A DNA stretch of 64,000 nucleotides from Oscillospiraceae bacterium (GCA_017631545.1 JAGBTC010000317.1:1588-65587); one strand, 5' to 3'. Positions 9,017 to 17,654 are shown, counted from the stretch's first letter. Made by a program: numbers and translations. The notes: generated by a model not told the origin, from the letters alone.

Positions 9017-9046
9017 CAGGGCAAACGGAAAAGAAAGGAGAACGCT

Positions 9047-9331
9047 ATGGAGAAACCCGGCGTATGGATGATGGAGCTTGACCGCTTCGGCTACACCCTG
9101 CGCGTGATGGGGCGCACCAAAGAGGAAGCGGAGGACGCCATGCGGGAGGAATACATCCGGGCCTACGCAAAAATCAACGGAATCTATGAGGAAGCCTTTG
9201 CGCAGGCAATCGGAAGATCGGCGCTCTGCGGAGACCCGGACGAAGAAGACGAAGACGTTGCATGCTACCGCGCAGCCTTCGAGAACAACGAAGCGCACTT
9301 CTATGAATTTGGAAAGGTGGAATGGGAATGA
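9047..9331 (+). CDS. Hypothetical protein
   Basis: AAGGAG SD. Confidence 0.8.
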   Translation: MEKPGVWMMELDRFGYTLRVMGRTKEEAEDAMREEYIRAYAKINGIYEEAFAQAIGRSALCGDPDEEDEDVACYRAAFENNEAHFYEFGKVEWE

Positions 9332-9843
9332 CCGACTATGAGCAGAACAAAAAACTCACCGCCCCCGTAAAGGCGGTACTGAAATCCATGGCCTCCGGTC
9401 TGGACGGCATGACCTCCGACGACGGAGCGTTCTATGAAAGCAGCTTCTATTTCGGCTACGGAAAACCGGAGACCGGAATCCGCTGGGCGGAGGTCTATAT
9501 CTCCCCGGAGACCTATGAGATTATGGAATCCGCCCTGAACGCTGTCCTGGAATACTTCAACGAGGAATACCCAGTGGAACGCATCGAACGGAAATCGGGG
9601 GAGGCGTTCTACTATTCCCCCACCGGCAGGAAGTACATCATCACTGAGCTTGGCACTCCGGGACTGAGCGCCCGCTACGACATCGGGACCATGTTGGAAG
9701 TCGTGTCCGGCGAGGACGAGGACTGCCCGGAATACAAGATTCTTCCCGGCTATCTCTACGGCGTCGCCTCCATGCGCGACGGCGAACTTCTGGATTGGTG
9801 CCGTGGGATCACCGCCGAATACGAAAAGGAGGAAAGCAAATGA
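9328..9843 (+). CDS. Hypothetical protein
   Basis: ATGA coupling. Confidence 0.8.
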   Translation: MTDYEQNKKLTAPVKAVLKSMASGLDGMTSDDGAFYESSFYFGYGKPETGIRWAEVYISPETYEIMESALNAVLEYFNEEYPVERIERKSGEAFYYSPTGRKYIITELGTPGLSARYDIGTMLEVVSGEDEDCPEYKILPGYLYGVASMRDGELLDWCRGITAEYEKEESK

Positions 9844-10586
9844 AAAAGCCTTATCTCGCAGAGTACACCGTCACCTATCGCAACACCTGTCTGGTCTTTG
9901 CAGACGACGAAAAGAGCGCCCACGAGTGGGCGCTGGAGATTTGGGGCAACGGCTCTTTCGACCCCGAACTCAACGGCGATTTTGAGGGCGACGCGGAAGT
10001 GTCCCCCGCTTACGAGAAAGCGTGTCTGGACTATCAGTACGACGCTTTCATGGACGAAGACCACCTGACCGATTCGGAGGTCGAAGAACTGTGGTCCGCC
10101 TTGGATGACGTTCCCATGAATCCCGAAACGGAGCGGATGGAAAAACCGTTCCTGATCTTCCCGGCTCATACCGAGCGGGAAGAAATCTGGAAATGGTTTG
10201 ATAAACACCATTCCAAGGGGATCGCCTACCTCCTGTACGGCGTGGAACCGCAGCCCGCTCCGCCTGCCCCGCCCGCTCCTCCGAAGTTCTCCGTGGAGCG
10301 CACGATTGACGGGCGGCATGTCCTCGTGGAGCTGACCCCGGAGGAAATCACCCGTGCCTACTTCGCGCAGCAGGAACAGTTCGACCGGCTGGACGTGTCC
10401 GACTACCTGAACGAACTCTCCGACTACGACTGCATTTCGCAGTACCGCGCCCGTCGGGAAGAAATCATCCCGCTGATTCCTGAGATCGCCCAGCATGTCC
10501 GCAAGATGAAGAACAGCAGCGGCGTTGACTTCCCAAACGCTGTGAATCATGCCATTTGGGAGGCTTTGAGGAATCACGGAAAATAA
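9840..10586 (+). CDS. Multi-module hypothetical protein (FPAxTxREEIWxWFD, Pro-rich linker)
   Basis: AGGAGG SD, ATGA coupling. Confidence 0.85.
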   Translation: MKKPYLAEYTVTYRNTCLVFADDEKSAHEWALEIWGNGSFDPELNGDFEGDAEVSPAYEKACLDYQYDAFMDEDHLTDSEVEELWSALDDVPMNPETERMEKPFLIFPAHTEREEIWKWFDKHHSKGIAYLLYGVEPQPAPPAPPAPPKFSVERTIDGRHVLVELTPEEITRAYFAQQEQFDRLDVSDYLNELSDYDCISQYRARREEIIPLIPEIAQHVRKMKNSSGVDFPNAVNHAIWEALRNHGK

Positions 10587-10619
10587 ACTTCCGCCCCCTA
10601 CCACTCTCCCCCGCAAATG

Positions 10620-10628
10620 TGCTATGAT
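10620..10628 (+). promoter_or_regulatory. Extended -10 promoter TGCTATGAT
   Basis: TGn-TATGAT, intergenic, C-rich upstream; same as 12644. Confidence 0.55.
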
Positions 10629-10668
10629 GTTCGCGGGACAAAAAACGAAATGCCGAAAGGATGATGAT

Positions 10669-11241
10669 ATGACATTACTCGACCTTATCAACAAGCTTCA
10701 GAAAGAAAAAAAGACCGTGACCCGCTGGGAGTTCTTCCTGCGCGGGGATGATTTCATCGACGACGAAGATCTGTTCTGTCTCCGGCCGGGGCGGATGCTG
10801 TCCACGCACATCGACCAGGCGCACCTTCCCCCGCGAATGATCGAGCTGGGGGATTCCCCCCGCTATGTGTGGATCGGCAGCAAGGAAGAATATGAAAAGC
10901 TGACCGGAGCGCAGGACGTTCCCGGCGGGAGAAGATTTCCCGTCCTGCTGATTCATGTCCCACTGGCGCTGACCGCGCAGGAGTTCGTGGATCGCTACTT
11001 CGGGAAATACTGGCACGAGGTCTCCCCGGCGGAGTGGAACTATGTGGAGGTTGGAGGCTACACCCCCTTCCTTGACCGCTTCGGCATGGTGATAAACTAT
11101 CTGGAGCGCGGCATCCCCCGCTCGGAATCCTGCCGCAGCTTCTACATGGTGCGCTCCCCCTACGGAAACGACTTCGCCTGGGGCGGAGACCTGTCCAAAG
11201 ACAAGCTCCCCGAAGGGCTTTCTCTGGTCGGCCACCCGTAA
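10669..11241 (+). CDS. Hypothetical protein
   Basis: AAGGA SD before ATG 10669. Confidence 0.8.
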   Translation: MTLLDLINKLQKEKKTVTRWEFFLRGDDFIDDEDLFCLRPGRMLSTHIDQAHLPPRMIELGDSPRYVWIGSKEEYEKLTGAQDVPGGRRFPVLLIHVPLALTAQEFVDRYFGKYWHEVSPAEWNYVEVGGYTPFLDRFGMVINYLERGIPRSESCRSFYMVRSPYGNDFAWGGDLSKDKLPEGLSLVGHP

Positions 11242-11257
11242 ACAAAATTCATTTCGG

Positions 11258-11288
11258 CGGTTATAAATTGCCCCCTCTGCATGGGGTA
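11258..11288 (+). promoter_or_regulatory. Early repeat element copy 11
   Basis: Exact motif; last copy seen. Confidence 0.8.
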
Positions 11289-11359
11289 CAGATCGAAACG
11301 CTTTCGCCTGTCCGGTTTCCCGGGCGGGCGATTTTCTTTTCGGAAAGGAGAAAACGAAC

Positions 11360-11680
11360 ATGATGCTTTTTGCGAAAATCAAACGCGGCGAGCAGCGCGA
11401 GGAAAACTTTTACCGTTCCTGGGACGAATACTATTCGGACACCTTCAGCCCGGATGTTGAAGCTCTGATGCTGCTCCCCTTCGAGATTCACGGCAAGACC
11501 TACGCGGAGCGCAAGGAATCCCTCCGCAACCTCGCCATCGACTTCCAGGACGCCGACGACGGTGACGCCGACCTGTGGCTGTCATACGGTGAACTGTCGG
11601 ATATCCAAGACTACTTCAACCGGATGGGCAGGCGCTACGGGCTTCTTCGGGAGTTCCGTGAAAACGCCATCCCCTGCTGA
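11360..11680 (+). CDS. Hypothetical phage protein (RYGLLREFRENAI)
   Basis: AAGGAG SD. Confidence 0.85.
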   Translation: MMLFAKIKRGEQREENFYRSWDEYYSDTFSPDVEALMLLPFEIHGKTYAERKESLRNLAIDFQDADDGDADLWLSYGELSDIQDYFNRMGRRYGLLREFRENAIPC

Positions 11681-11704
11681 CAAACCAGAAAGGAGAATTC
11701 ACAC

Positions 11705-12292
11705 ATGAGTACAAGAGGACTTTACGGCTTCCGCAAGGGAGGCATCGACAAGACCACCTACAATCACTCTGACAGCTACCCGGAATGGCTGGGCGAAAAG
11801 ATCACCAAATTCTGCGCCGCCGTCACGCCGGAGCAGATGTCGGCTTTCTTCGACCGCATCATTATGGTGGACGAGGAATCGACGCCCACCAAGGAGCAGC
11901 AGGACTACTGCATCGCCGCCGGGTGGTATAACCCCTACGTCGGGGAGAAATCCCAGGCGCGCTGGTACAACCTTCTCCGGGAACTCCAGGGCAACATGGC
12001 GGAGCTGGACAAGGCGGTGCGCAGCGACAAGGACTTCTACATGATCGACAGCAGCAGCTTCATCTCGGACTCCCTGTTCTGCGAGTATGCCTACATCGTC
12101 AACCTCGACAGCGGTATGCTGGAGGTCTGGAAGGGATGGCAGAAATCGGCGCAGGAAGGAAACCGCTACGGTGAAACCCCCGACGATGACGGCTACTACC
12201 CTTGCCGCCTTGCGCTGGAGATCCCCCTGACCGACACCGCCGCTCTCGCCACCGCCGTCCCCGCCATGATCGCCGCCTGCGTGGAGGACTAA
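11705..12292 (+). CDS. Hypothetical phage protein (MSTRG...YNHxDxYP...EYAYIV)
   Basis: AAGGAG SD; motif typical of phage early regions. Confidence 0.85.
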   Translation: MSTRGLYGFRKGGIDKTTYNHSDSYPEWLGEKITKFCAAVTPEQMSAFFDRIIMVDEESTPTKEQQDYCIAAGWYNPYVGEKSQARWYNLLRELQGNMAELDKAVRSDKDFYMIDSSSFISDSLFCEYAYIVNLDSGMLEVWKGWQKSAQEGNRYGETPDDDGYYPCRLALEIPLTDTAALATAVPAMIAACVED

Positions 12293-12294
12293 CT

Positions 12295-12651
12295 ATGGAT
12301 AATGCCATGTCCCCTGTCACCCGCACGGATTACCGATACTTTGCCTATGGGATAGCTCCAAAAGGCGGAATGATTTATTACGGGAAAGCCGCGATGGACA
12401 ATGACGATATCGACTTTTGGGCAATAGAAGCCAGGGGTTACAAGGGAAAGCGGGGCGCGGAGCAGAAAACGTCGTGGTTCATCGGCCAGCGGTTTCTTCT
12501 TCACTATCGTGAAATCGGCATCGTCAAGTTTGTCCTCGATTACACCGTCAACGAGTGCGGCAACGAGCGTCCCCTGCGATATAAGGCCGTGAAGCTTTCG
12601 CAAACGAAATTTCCCCTTCCCTATTCCCCGGCCGTCCCAAACGTGCTATGA
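12295..12651 (+). CDS. Hypothetical protein
   Basis: GGAGG SD. Confidence 0.7.
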   Translation: MDNAMSPVTRTDYRYFAYGIAPKGGMIYYGKAAMDNDDIDFWAIEARGYKGKRGAEQKTSWFIGQRFLLHYREIGIVKFVLDYTVNECGNERPLRYKAVKLSQTKFPLPYSPAVPNVL

Positions 12652-12652
12652 T
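12644..12652 (+). promoter_or_regulatory. Extended -10 promoter TGCTATGAT
   Basis: Same as 10620, ~25 nt upstream of ATG 12677. Confidence 0.55.
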
Positions 12653-12676
12653 AACAACGCTGAAAGGAGCTTCCCC

Positions 12677-12919
12677 ATGAAAATCGTCTACGAAAAAGAT
12701 GCCACCCGCTACTTCGATATCCACGGGCAGGAACTTCACGACGGCGATACCGTTCTGATGAACGGGCGCGAACAGAAGGTCTATCTGACAGAGGACGGCT
12801 GCCTGGGCACCGACGCCACCAATCCCGCTTGGGTGGCTTCCGGACGCGCCGCCCCCTGCGAATACGGGGTCTACCCTTTCTACAGAGCCGACGAGCCGAA
12901 GCTTCTCCGCCGTGCCTGA
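12677..12919 (+). CDS. Hypothetical protein (YopX-like DxxGxExxxGD motif)
   Basis: AAGGAG SD; FDIHGQELHDGD. Confidence 0.75.
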   Translation: MKIVYEKDATRYFDIHGQELHDGDTVLMNGREQKVYLTEDGCLGTDATNPAWVASGRAAPCEYGVYPFYRADEPKLLRRA

Positions 12920-12979
12920 CCTGTCCGTTTTATCGGACAGCAAAAATCGTATGCTGAACAGTGAAAGGAGAAACTGCCA

Positions 12980-13654
12980 ATGAGTGAAACCTATACCTGT
13001 CTGGTTTGGGAGCCTGATTGGGTCTCCATCAAACTCCTGACAGGCCGCCGCCTTACGGAAGCGGAGAAGCTGAAATATACCGAAGAATATCGGGAGAAAA
13101 TGTTTTCCTCCGTCGGAGAAAGCAAATCGCTTACGCATGTCCCCTGGGAATCTCTCCCGAAGCGGCAATCTGACGGATGCTTTCCCGGCACCACAAATTG
13201 CGCCTGGATTCTCTCCGAGGAAGAAAAGGGCTATTACCTCGGGCTGGAAGCCGGTCTTGCCTTGGCTGAGCAGAACGCAAAGGATCGCGCCGAATGGGAA
13301 GCTGAGAGACAAAAAGAAGCGGAGGATCAAGCTAGAGAAAGAGATCTTCGGGGTGTCCAGTGGACTACCACCGAGAAGATCATCCGGGACGAAGGGGGGA
13401 AAACCACCGAGTACCTGCATACCATTACCATCCGTGGAAAAACCTACCGTTTCACCGAGCGGAATGTCTTTGACTTTGGCCGGGTCATCAACTCTCCGGA
13501 TCAGGAAGGTATGGCAACCCTCGCTTATGTCTGGCAGGTTTTTTCTGCTCCCGCAGGCTGGCGCACCGTCCGGGAAATGGAGCCGGACGAAAGAGAAGCC
13601 TATCGTCTTGTCAGCAAATACGGCAAGTTCGCCGGATCGGACACCAGAATGTAG
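12980..13654 (+). CDS. Hypothetical protein
   Basis: AAGGAG SD; 224 aa. Confidence 0.85.
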   Translation: MSETYTCLVWEPDWVSIKLLTGRRLTEAEKLKYTEEYREKMFSSVGESKSLTHVPWESLPKRQSDGCFPGTTNCAWILSEEEKGYYLGLEAGLALAEQNAKDRAEWEAERQKEAEDQARERDLRGVQWTTTEKIIRDEGGKTTEYLHTITIRGKTYRFTERNVFDFGRVINSPDQEGMATLAYVWQVFSAPAGWRTVREMEPDEREAYRLVSKYGKFAGSDTRM

Positions 13655-13675
13655 GAGAAGATCCCCCCTTCCCCC

Positions 13676-13715
13676 GTCATTGCGAGGCCAGTGCGTTCAC
13701 TGGCCGTGGCAATCC
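13676..13715. repeat. REP-like palindrome GTCATTGCGAG...GTGGCAATCC
   Basis: Nested stem ggccagtg-cgtt-cactggcc inside TTGC/GCAA arms. Confidence 0.6.
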
Positions 13716-13840
13716 GCCCCTCCGTCTTACGGAGTACATATCCCTTATAGTATAATGCAAACGAATCATTCATTTCGGATTTGAAAAAACGAGCCTTGCC
13801 CCACCGGGCGAGGCTCGAATTGTTTTAAGGAGGAATTGTT

Positions 13841-14053
13841 ATGACCCTTTATGAACTCGTAAATCAGACCACCGTTCAGGGGGATGTCCGTGTCTCCAAG
13901 TTCGACGAAGAAGCCAACGAAATTATCCTGCTCAATGCGCAGGGCACAGATGACCTCGCCGATGAACTCCCGGAGGAGTACGAAGATTTGACCGTGAAGT
14001 ATATCTTCAACGGCGAGGACGGAACCCACATCGAAGTGTCCGACGAAGATTGA
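13841..14053 (+). CDS. Small acidic protein
   Basis: AAGGAGG SD. Confidence 0.8.
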   Translation: MTLYELVNQTTVQGDVRVSKFDEEANEIILLNAQGTDDLADELPEEYEDLTVKYIFNGEDGTHIEVSDED

Positions 14054-14067
14054 AAGGAGAAATAACT

Positions 14068-14526
14068 ATGCCTGACTACAAACGCGGAGAAATCTACTAT
14101 GTCGCCCCTAACTATTCCGAGACCGGCTCCGAGATCTGGTCCGGTCGTCCCGCCGTCATCGTCTCCAACGACGAGCTGAACCGCTGCCGCAACTGCGTTG
14201 AGGTTGTCTATCTCACCACCCGCCCGAAGCAGGATTCCCCCAGCCATGTGATCCTCCATGCCACGGGAAAGCAGTCCACCGCCCTGTGCGAGCAGATCTC
14301 CACGGTGGATAAGGTGCGCATGACCTACAGCGGGAACGCCCCATGCGCCTGCACGAAGAAAGAACTGTCGGAGATCGACGCCGCCCTGCTGTACTCCCTG
14401 TCTCTGGATGCCCCGGCTCCGGTGACGACGTTGGACCTGGACAAGACCCGCCTGCTGGCGGAGCGCGATATCTACAAGCGCATGTATGAGTCTCTGCTGG
14501 ACCGCATCAGCGGCACCGGCGCGTGA
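14068..14526 (+). CDS. PemK/MazF-family endoribonuclease-like protein with C-terminal extension
   Basis: KRGEIYYV...GSE...RPAVIVSND...LTT...STALCEQISTVDK. Confidence 0.85.
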   Translation: MPDYKRGEIYYVAPNYSETGSEIWSGRPAVIVSNDELNRCRNCVEVVYLTTRPKQDSPSHVILHATGKQSTALCEQISTVDKVRMTYSGNAPCACTKKELSEIDAALLYSLSLDAPAPVTTLDLDKTRLLAERDIYKRMYESLLDRISGTGA

Positions 14527-14541
14527 AAGGGGGGTCATCGC

Positions 14542-14898
14542 ATGAACAGATATATCTGCGACTCCTGCGGCTTCTCCTTCAACTTTTCACAAGTCCCCTC
14601 CTTCTGCCCGAAGTGCGGCAAGGAGGGTGCGGCTGCCCGTGACACGCGGAAAGCAAAAGAAACGGCACGGCGCATGATTGCGGAGCTGAACGACGAGGAT
14701 ATCCCGGTGCTGGAATCCCTCCACGCCGGGTATATCGCCCAGCTCGCCAAGATCAACGCGAAGCTGGAAACCCTGCGGCAGTACAAAAAGCGTGGCATCG
14801 TCGCCCCGGAGGAAATGCCCGTCGTCGTTCTGAAATCGGCGCGTGATGCGCTGAAAGAATACCGTGAACAGCGGAGGGAGGAAAAGGAAAATGCTTGA
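14542..14898 (+). CDS. Zn-ribbon protein
   Basis: CDSC...CPKC. Confidence 0.8.
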   Translation: MNRYICDSCGFSFNFSQVPSFCPKCGKEGAAARDTRKAKETARRMIAELNDEDIPVLESLHAGYIAQLAKINAKLETLRQYKKRGIVAPEEMPVVVLKSARDALKEYREQRREEKENA

Positions 14899-15214
14899 CA
14901 ACATCACTTTCGACGAACTTACTTCCTGCGCCGCCCAGTTTTCCAAAGACCTGCGCGAATTTTATGCTGTGGATCGTCGGAGAAATCAGCTCACCCGCTC
15001 CCTGCTGAATGAATCCGCCGACATCATCGACAAGCTTCTCAAGGAGCAGGAAGAAAGATTCCGGGTGCTGGACGCAACGAAGGTGCTGAAACGGCAGACC
15101 TTTCGGGACGCGGACGGAAACGCCCACCTGCGCACCAGCAACGAGGTAGGCTGGCTCGACCCCGTGACCCGTCTGGCCCTGCTGGAAGACATCGTGGAAG
15201 AAGCAAGGAGGTAA
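14891..15214 (+). CDS. Hypothetical protein
   Basis: Overlap coupling. Confidence 0.75.
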   Translation: MLDNITFDELTSCAAQFSKDLREFYAVDRRRNQLTRSLLNESADIIDKLLKEQEERFRVLDATKVLKRQTFRDADGNAHLRTSNEVGWLDPVTRLALLEDIVEEARR

Positions 15215-15217
15215 ACA

Positions 15218-15511
15218 ATGAGCATACTGATTCATCTTCCAACGGAACGCCTCTACCCGCTGCACTTGACAATCTATTCTGATGGCTCTGTCTTCTGCGG
15301 TCACGGGATTGGAAAGCGCAGATGCGAAGCCGTTGAAGTCCCCGTTCCTCACGGGAGGCTGGTAGACCTGGACGTGCTGGAGGCTCACGGAGATTGCCTG
15401 TCCAAGCTCTGCGTTGATTATGATGCTCCTCCAGGCCACAGGGTTTGGCGCGAGTGCGTCCCGTTCGACGACATCCCAACAATAATTCCGGCAGAGGAGG
15501 AAATGACATGA
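15218..15511 (+). CDS. Hypothetical phage protein (HGRLVD...PTIIPAE)
   Basis: AGGAGG SD. Confidence 0.8.
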   Translation: MSILIHLPTERLYPLHLTIYSDGSVFCGHGIGKRRCEAVEVPVPHGRLVDLDVLEAHGDCLSKLCVDYDAPPGHRVWRECVPFDDIPTIIPAEEEMT

Positions 15512-15738
15512 CCCTTTACGATAAGATCAAAGACAAATCTTCCGAAGAACTGGCGGAGATGTTCGCCGCCCGCGAGATCGCATTGACGGATATTATCTTC
15601 CGTCAGGTCGAAAGAATCCTGTACGAAAAGCGCGGAATCAAAATCGACTTCACCAAGCATTTCAAGCCGGACCTTCTTTCCACGAAAAAGGAATTCCTGG
15701 ACTGGCTGAACACGGAGGCGTCCGATGCCGAAGCGTGA
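15508..15738 (+). CDS. Hypothetical protein
   Basis: ATGA coupling. Confidence 0.8.
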   Translation: MTLYDKIKDKSSEELAEMFAAREIALTDIIFRQVERILYEKRGIKIDFTKHFKPDLLSTKKEFLDWLNTEASDAEA

Positions 15739-15937
15739 CTTTTCCCTCAAACGTCAGCCGAAGTATACAAACCCGCAGAAGCTTTATAACACCCTCTGTG
15801 CCATATACCCGCAGTACATGGCGGAAGAATACTTCAAGGATCTGATGGGCTATGCCCCGCCGAAGGAGTGGCGCAAGCCCGAAACTCCGCTGCATATCTT
15901 TTCGGAGGAGGAAAAACATGGAACGACTGACAATTAA
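15725..15937 (+). CDS. Hypothetical protein
   Basis: GGAGG SD. Confidence 0.7.
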   Translation: MPKRDFSLKRQPKYTNPQKLYNTLCAIYPQYMAEEYFKDLMGYAPPKEWRKPETPLHIFSEEEKHGTTDN

Positions 15938-16460
15938 GGTGGACGGGCGCAACGCAATCCGGCTCGGCAAAGCCTACGGTACGAACATAGAGGCTCTTCC
16001 GGATTTTGACAACATGCACCTGACCGGCGATGTTGCAGACCGTCTCGCCGCCTACGAGGACACAGGGCTTCTTCCGGAGGCAATAGACCAGCTACGGCTA
16101 TCCATGATCGGGATTGTTGCTGCGGAAATTGCAGATGAACAAGGTTTCGTGGAATTGAGCCGTGCAAAACAGATCGCTCATGCTGAATCGGAAGGGAGGC
16201 TGATGGTACTCCCCTGCAAGCTCGGCGATACCGTTTGGGTATTGCACACGGGATTCAACGCGAACTTCTTGCGGCTTTATCAAGGCCGCTGCGTCGAAAT
16301 CTCGCAGTCGCTTCTGCATGGCTCCGCTGAGGAAAGCTACGCCGTGGATGTGATCGACTTCGCGGCGTGGTATCGCAAATCCGACATTGGCTCTACCCTG
16401 TTCTTTTCCAAAGCCGAAGCGGAGGCGGCCCTGAAAAAACTAAGGGAGGAGATTACATGA
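15918..16460 (+). CDS. Conserved phage protein (RLAAYEDTG...LPCKxGDTVW)
   Basis: GAGGA SD; recognisable Clostridial phage motif. Confidence 0.85.
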   Translation: MERLTIKVDGRNAIRLGKAYGTNIEALPDFDNMHLTGDVADRLAAYEDTGLLPEAIDQLRLSMIGIVAAEIADEQGFVELSRAKQIAHAESEGRLMVLPCKLGDTVWVLHTGFNANFLRLYQGRCVEISQSLLHGSAEESYAVDVIDFAAWYRKSDIGSTLFFSKAEAEAALKKLREEIT

Positions 16461-16684
16461 CAAACGGAGAAATCAGCTTCGCCGAATCCATGCTTCGTGT
16501 GCTGGACGAGACCTGCCGGGCCGATTCCATTTCCTTTGTTGCTCGCAGGGGCTTGGAAGTCATCGAAGCTCTCCGCCGAGACCTCAAGGACTGCCGCAAC
16601 GAACTTTGCCTCCGCTGCGGAAACTACAAGCTCGCCCACAAGGGGGCCTGCGACGGCTGCCGCTGGAAAGACATGGGGGACTGA
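16457..16684 (+). CDS. Small Cys-rich protein
   Basis: ATGA coupling; CLRC...CDGC. Confidence 0.75.
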   Translation: MTNGEISFAESMLRVLDETCRADSISFVARRGLEVIEALRRDLKDCRNELCLRCGNYKLAHKGACDGCRWKDMGD

Positions 16685-16685
16685 C

Positions 16686-16895
16686 ATGGAGTCGTTTGAA
16701 TCATTCGACATACAAAGGCTGGACGATGCGCGGGATATGCTTTTCCTGGTCTACAGCTACTACTACGATTACGCGCCCACGTCGCGCCTGAATCGTCGGC
16801 TCGGCACGATCATTTCCAAGCTGGACGAACTGATCCGGCTTTCGGAAGAAGAAAGGAGGAAAACCCATGATCTACCGCGTCTGGGTATGCCTTGA
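16686..16895 (+). CDS. Hypothetical protein
   Basis: GGGGGA SD. Confidence 0.65.
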   Translation: MESFESFDIQRLDDARDMLFLVYSYYYDYAPTSRLNRRLGTIISKLDELIRLSEEERRKTHDLPRLGMP

Positions 16896-17022
16896 AACAG
16901 AGTATGACGACATCGAAGCCGACTCCCCGGAGGAAGCGTTTCTGATCGCCAGCGAAGCCGCCATGAGCGGCGGGACCTGGCAGTACACGGCAGAGCCTGT
17001 TGAAAGCGAGGAAACCACATGA
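16867..17022 (+). CDS. 51-aa protein (IEADSPEEA motif), below ORF-track cutoff
   Basis: AAGGAGG SD; ATGA overlap with 17019. Confidence 0.75.
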   Translation: MIYRVWVCLETEYDDIEADSPEEAFLIASEAAMSGGTWQYTAEPVESEETT

Positions 17023-17651
17023 ACAAATCCGTTCTGATTTCCATTCGTCCCCGGTGGATCGACTTGATTGCGCGGGGAGAAAAAACCATCGAAGTCCGCA
17101 AGAGCCGCCCGAAGCTGGACCCTCCCTTCAAGTGCTATATCTACTGCACAAAGGCGCAGAACCCCGTGCTTGTGGCTCTGCAAAACCTGGAAGGCAGCCC
17201 CGTGATAATGACCTGTGGGGCCGGAAGCAGGAGATACCCGGTGGAGGATGCGACATGGGCCAGGCTGCTGAACGGAACGGTTTGCGGAGAGTTCACCTGC
17301 GACGAGATTGTGCCGATTGTTGTTTTCGATATCGGCAGCATCCAGTATTGGAACGCCTACTCGCTGAAGGAAGCCTGCATGACATACGATCAAATGGCCG
17401 ATTACATCGGGTACGGAAAGCAGGGCTTCGGCTGGCATATCTCAAAGCTGAAGATCTACGACGAGCCAAAGGAACTGAGCGAGTTCACAAAGCCTTGCCC
17501 GAAAGGTCACGATTGCGCAACATGTTCATGGTATTTTCCGGGGATTCAGGACTACGGAAGATGTGAACCGCCGTGCTGCGGGTTTTGGGAGAGTGACGAC
17601 AGCATGATTGCTCGCCCGCCCCAAAGCTGGTGCTATGTAGAGGGGGACTGA
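17019..17651 (+). CDS. ASCH/PUA-like domain protein
   Basis: LISIRPRW...GEKTIEVRK; C-terminal PPQSWCYV. Confidence 0.85.
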   Translation: MNKSVLISIRPRWIDLIARGEKTIEVRKSRPKLDPPFKCYIYCTKAQNPVLVALQNLEGSPVIMTCGAGSRRYPVEDATWARLLNGTVCGEFTCDEIVPIVVFDIGSIQYWNAYSLKEACMTYDQMADYIGYGKQGFGWHISKLKIYDEPKELSEFTKPCPKGHDCATCSWYFPGIQDYGRCEPPCCGFWESDDSMIARPPQSWCYVEGD

Positions 17652-17654
17652 CCG

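Noticed and set aside
56-11288. Early repeats as a CRISPR array
   Set aside because: Spacing is 280-2700 bp and contains whole genes; the repeat centre varies; no cas genes
56-11288. Early repeats as classical integron attC sites
   Set aside because: GTTATA resembles an R' box, but there is no upstream RYYYAAC R'' box or attC-length palindrome, and the recombinase does not look like IntI
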